From assembly GCF_006345805.1 (NCBI RefSeq), contig NC_043006.1, forward strand, positions 89,280,001-89,344,000: DNA of 64,000 nucleotides, in the 5' to 3' direction. The first letter of the stretch is position 1. Each line of letters starts with the position of its first letter. This document shows positions 62,950 through 64,000 of the stretch, piece by piece. A program made the translations under genes and the position numbers. The DNA is from Octopus sinensis. Taxonomy: Eukaryota. The notes under the pieces are model-generated. The model had not been told where the DNA came from and did no database searches. It was given only the letters and a program-made list of their open reading frames with translations.

Positions 62950-63700
62950 TCTTTAGTAGGTATCTCAGGGTCATGAGCATTTCAAGCCTTAACCTGAATG
63001 TTTCACCTGAGTGGCACACAGGCAAAGAGGAAAGGACTTTTCCTGTAGAAGGGCTCCATCTGGGGTCTTCTTGTCAATTACAATCATTCTCAGCAGATTC
63101 TGTTGCCATGGCCATCTCTATAGTGGTCTTATTTGGTTGTTTGGGTTCCAAACTAATCTTTGGGAAACCAAACAAAATATATAAACTAGCAAAAATGAAG
63201 ACCAGAGAAATGTTTCATTGTTTCTATGACAGATCTCATAGTCAATGACACTTGGGTATGGATTCAGTAATGTGAAGTTTCTGTTGTCACTGGGCTTGCT
63301 TAGCCTAGGGCTAATCCTGATCAAGCAGATCTATAATCAAAAACATTCCAGATATGATCATCCCATCTGTGTCAGTGTTCATCTGGGATGAGTTGAGTCA
63401 GCTGCAATCAATGAATGCAGGCCATTATGAACAGAAGCTGACCATACTTGCTGACCATAGAGACACTTCAACATGAAGATTATCAAACAATTGGGATCTG
63501 ATTAGCAGACATTCCATATACACAACATTCTGTATGCAACAACAACCTTTGCGTAACATCCTGTTATGCAATATCAGGTCACACTGGTACAGTGCCTCAT
63601 GTTGCAATCTCGGTTGACTGACACTCTCCAAATTGGACATTTGTTATCGCTAAGTATGTTTGGTTTCTGTGTATGATACGAGGGATTCACTTGTTCGTGC
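62950..63700 (-). mobile_element. Highly degraded LINE RT fragment (probably RTE)
   Basis: Reverse strand shows weak RT-like remnants (NISLVFIF.., ETFRLR..) with many stops. Confidence 0.35.
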
Positions 63701-64000
63701 TGGTTTAATTCATCCACCCACATAAATGCTTCTTCTATATGTGAGAGGCTCACTGAGGACTACATAAGCTAATGTATCCTTCCTCTTCTTAAGACAGGAA
63801 ACAACGATTTGAGAGACATTTGACTGCTATTTCTGGTAGGTCACACGGCCATATGGAGCAGTATCATAATTTTGAAAAAGTCACGAAAACAGATAACAAC
63901 AGGAGACAATCTTCAAATAACTTGGCTAATTGCTTCTTATTCTAGTGCATTTAGCCTACTGAACATTGTGCGAGAACATCTCCATGAAGCCCCCTATAGA

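Overview
Eukaryotic, AT-rich, microsatellite-laden genomic DNA. The SINE/LINE families suggest a coleoid cephalopod such as Octopus (inference, not verified). The window is almost entirely decayed transposons: Penelope-like elements (PLE; RT + GIY-YIG), RTE LINEs and their (GAT)n-tailed 3' ends, R4/Dong RLE-type LINEs, tRNA-derived SINEs, and Tc1/mariner, piggyBac, Helitron and Gypsy remnants. The only recognisable host coding sequence is one 88-bp minus-strand exon resembling the THUMPD3/Trm11-family tRNA m2G methyltransferase (16896-16983). The window therefore probably lies largely within that gene's introns. The most notable items are: (1) PLE-tail type I hammerhead ribozymes, one canonical and two U3-A8 core variants, all antisense to the host gene; (2) a ~99% identical 4-unit ~850-bp tandem array in a (TA)n tract; (3) a 272-bp inverted templated insertion inside a dead RTE; (4) a 112-bp-arm palindrome; (5) a TTAA piggyBac derivative whose removal restores a PLE reading frame; (6) a candidate alternative terminal exon that would truncate the methyltransferase motif. 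Most ORF-track entries are microsatellite or antisense artefacts. Boundaries of degraded repeats are approximate.
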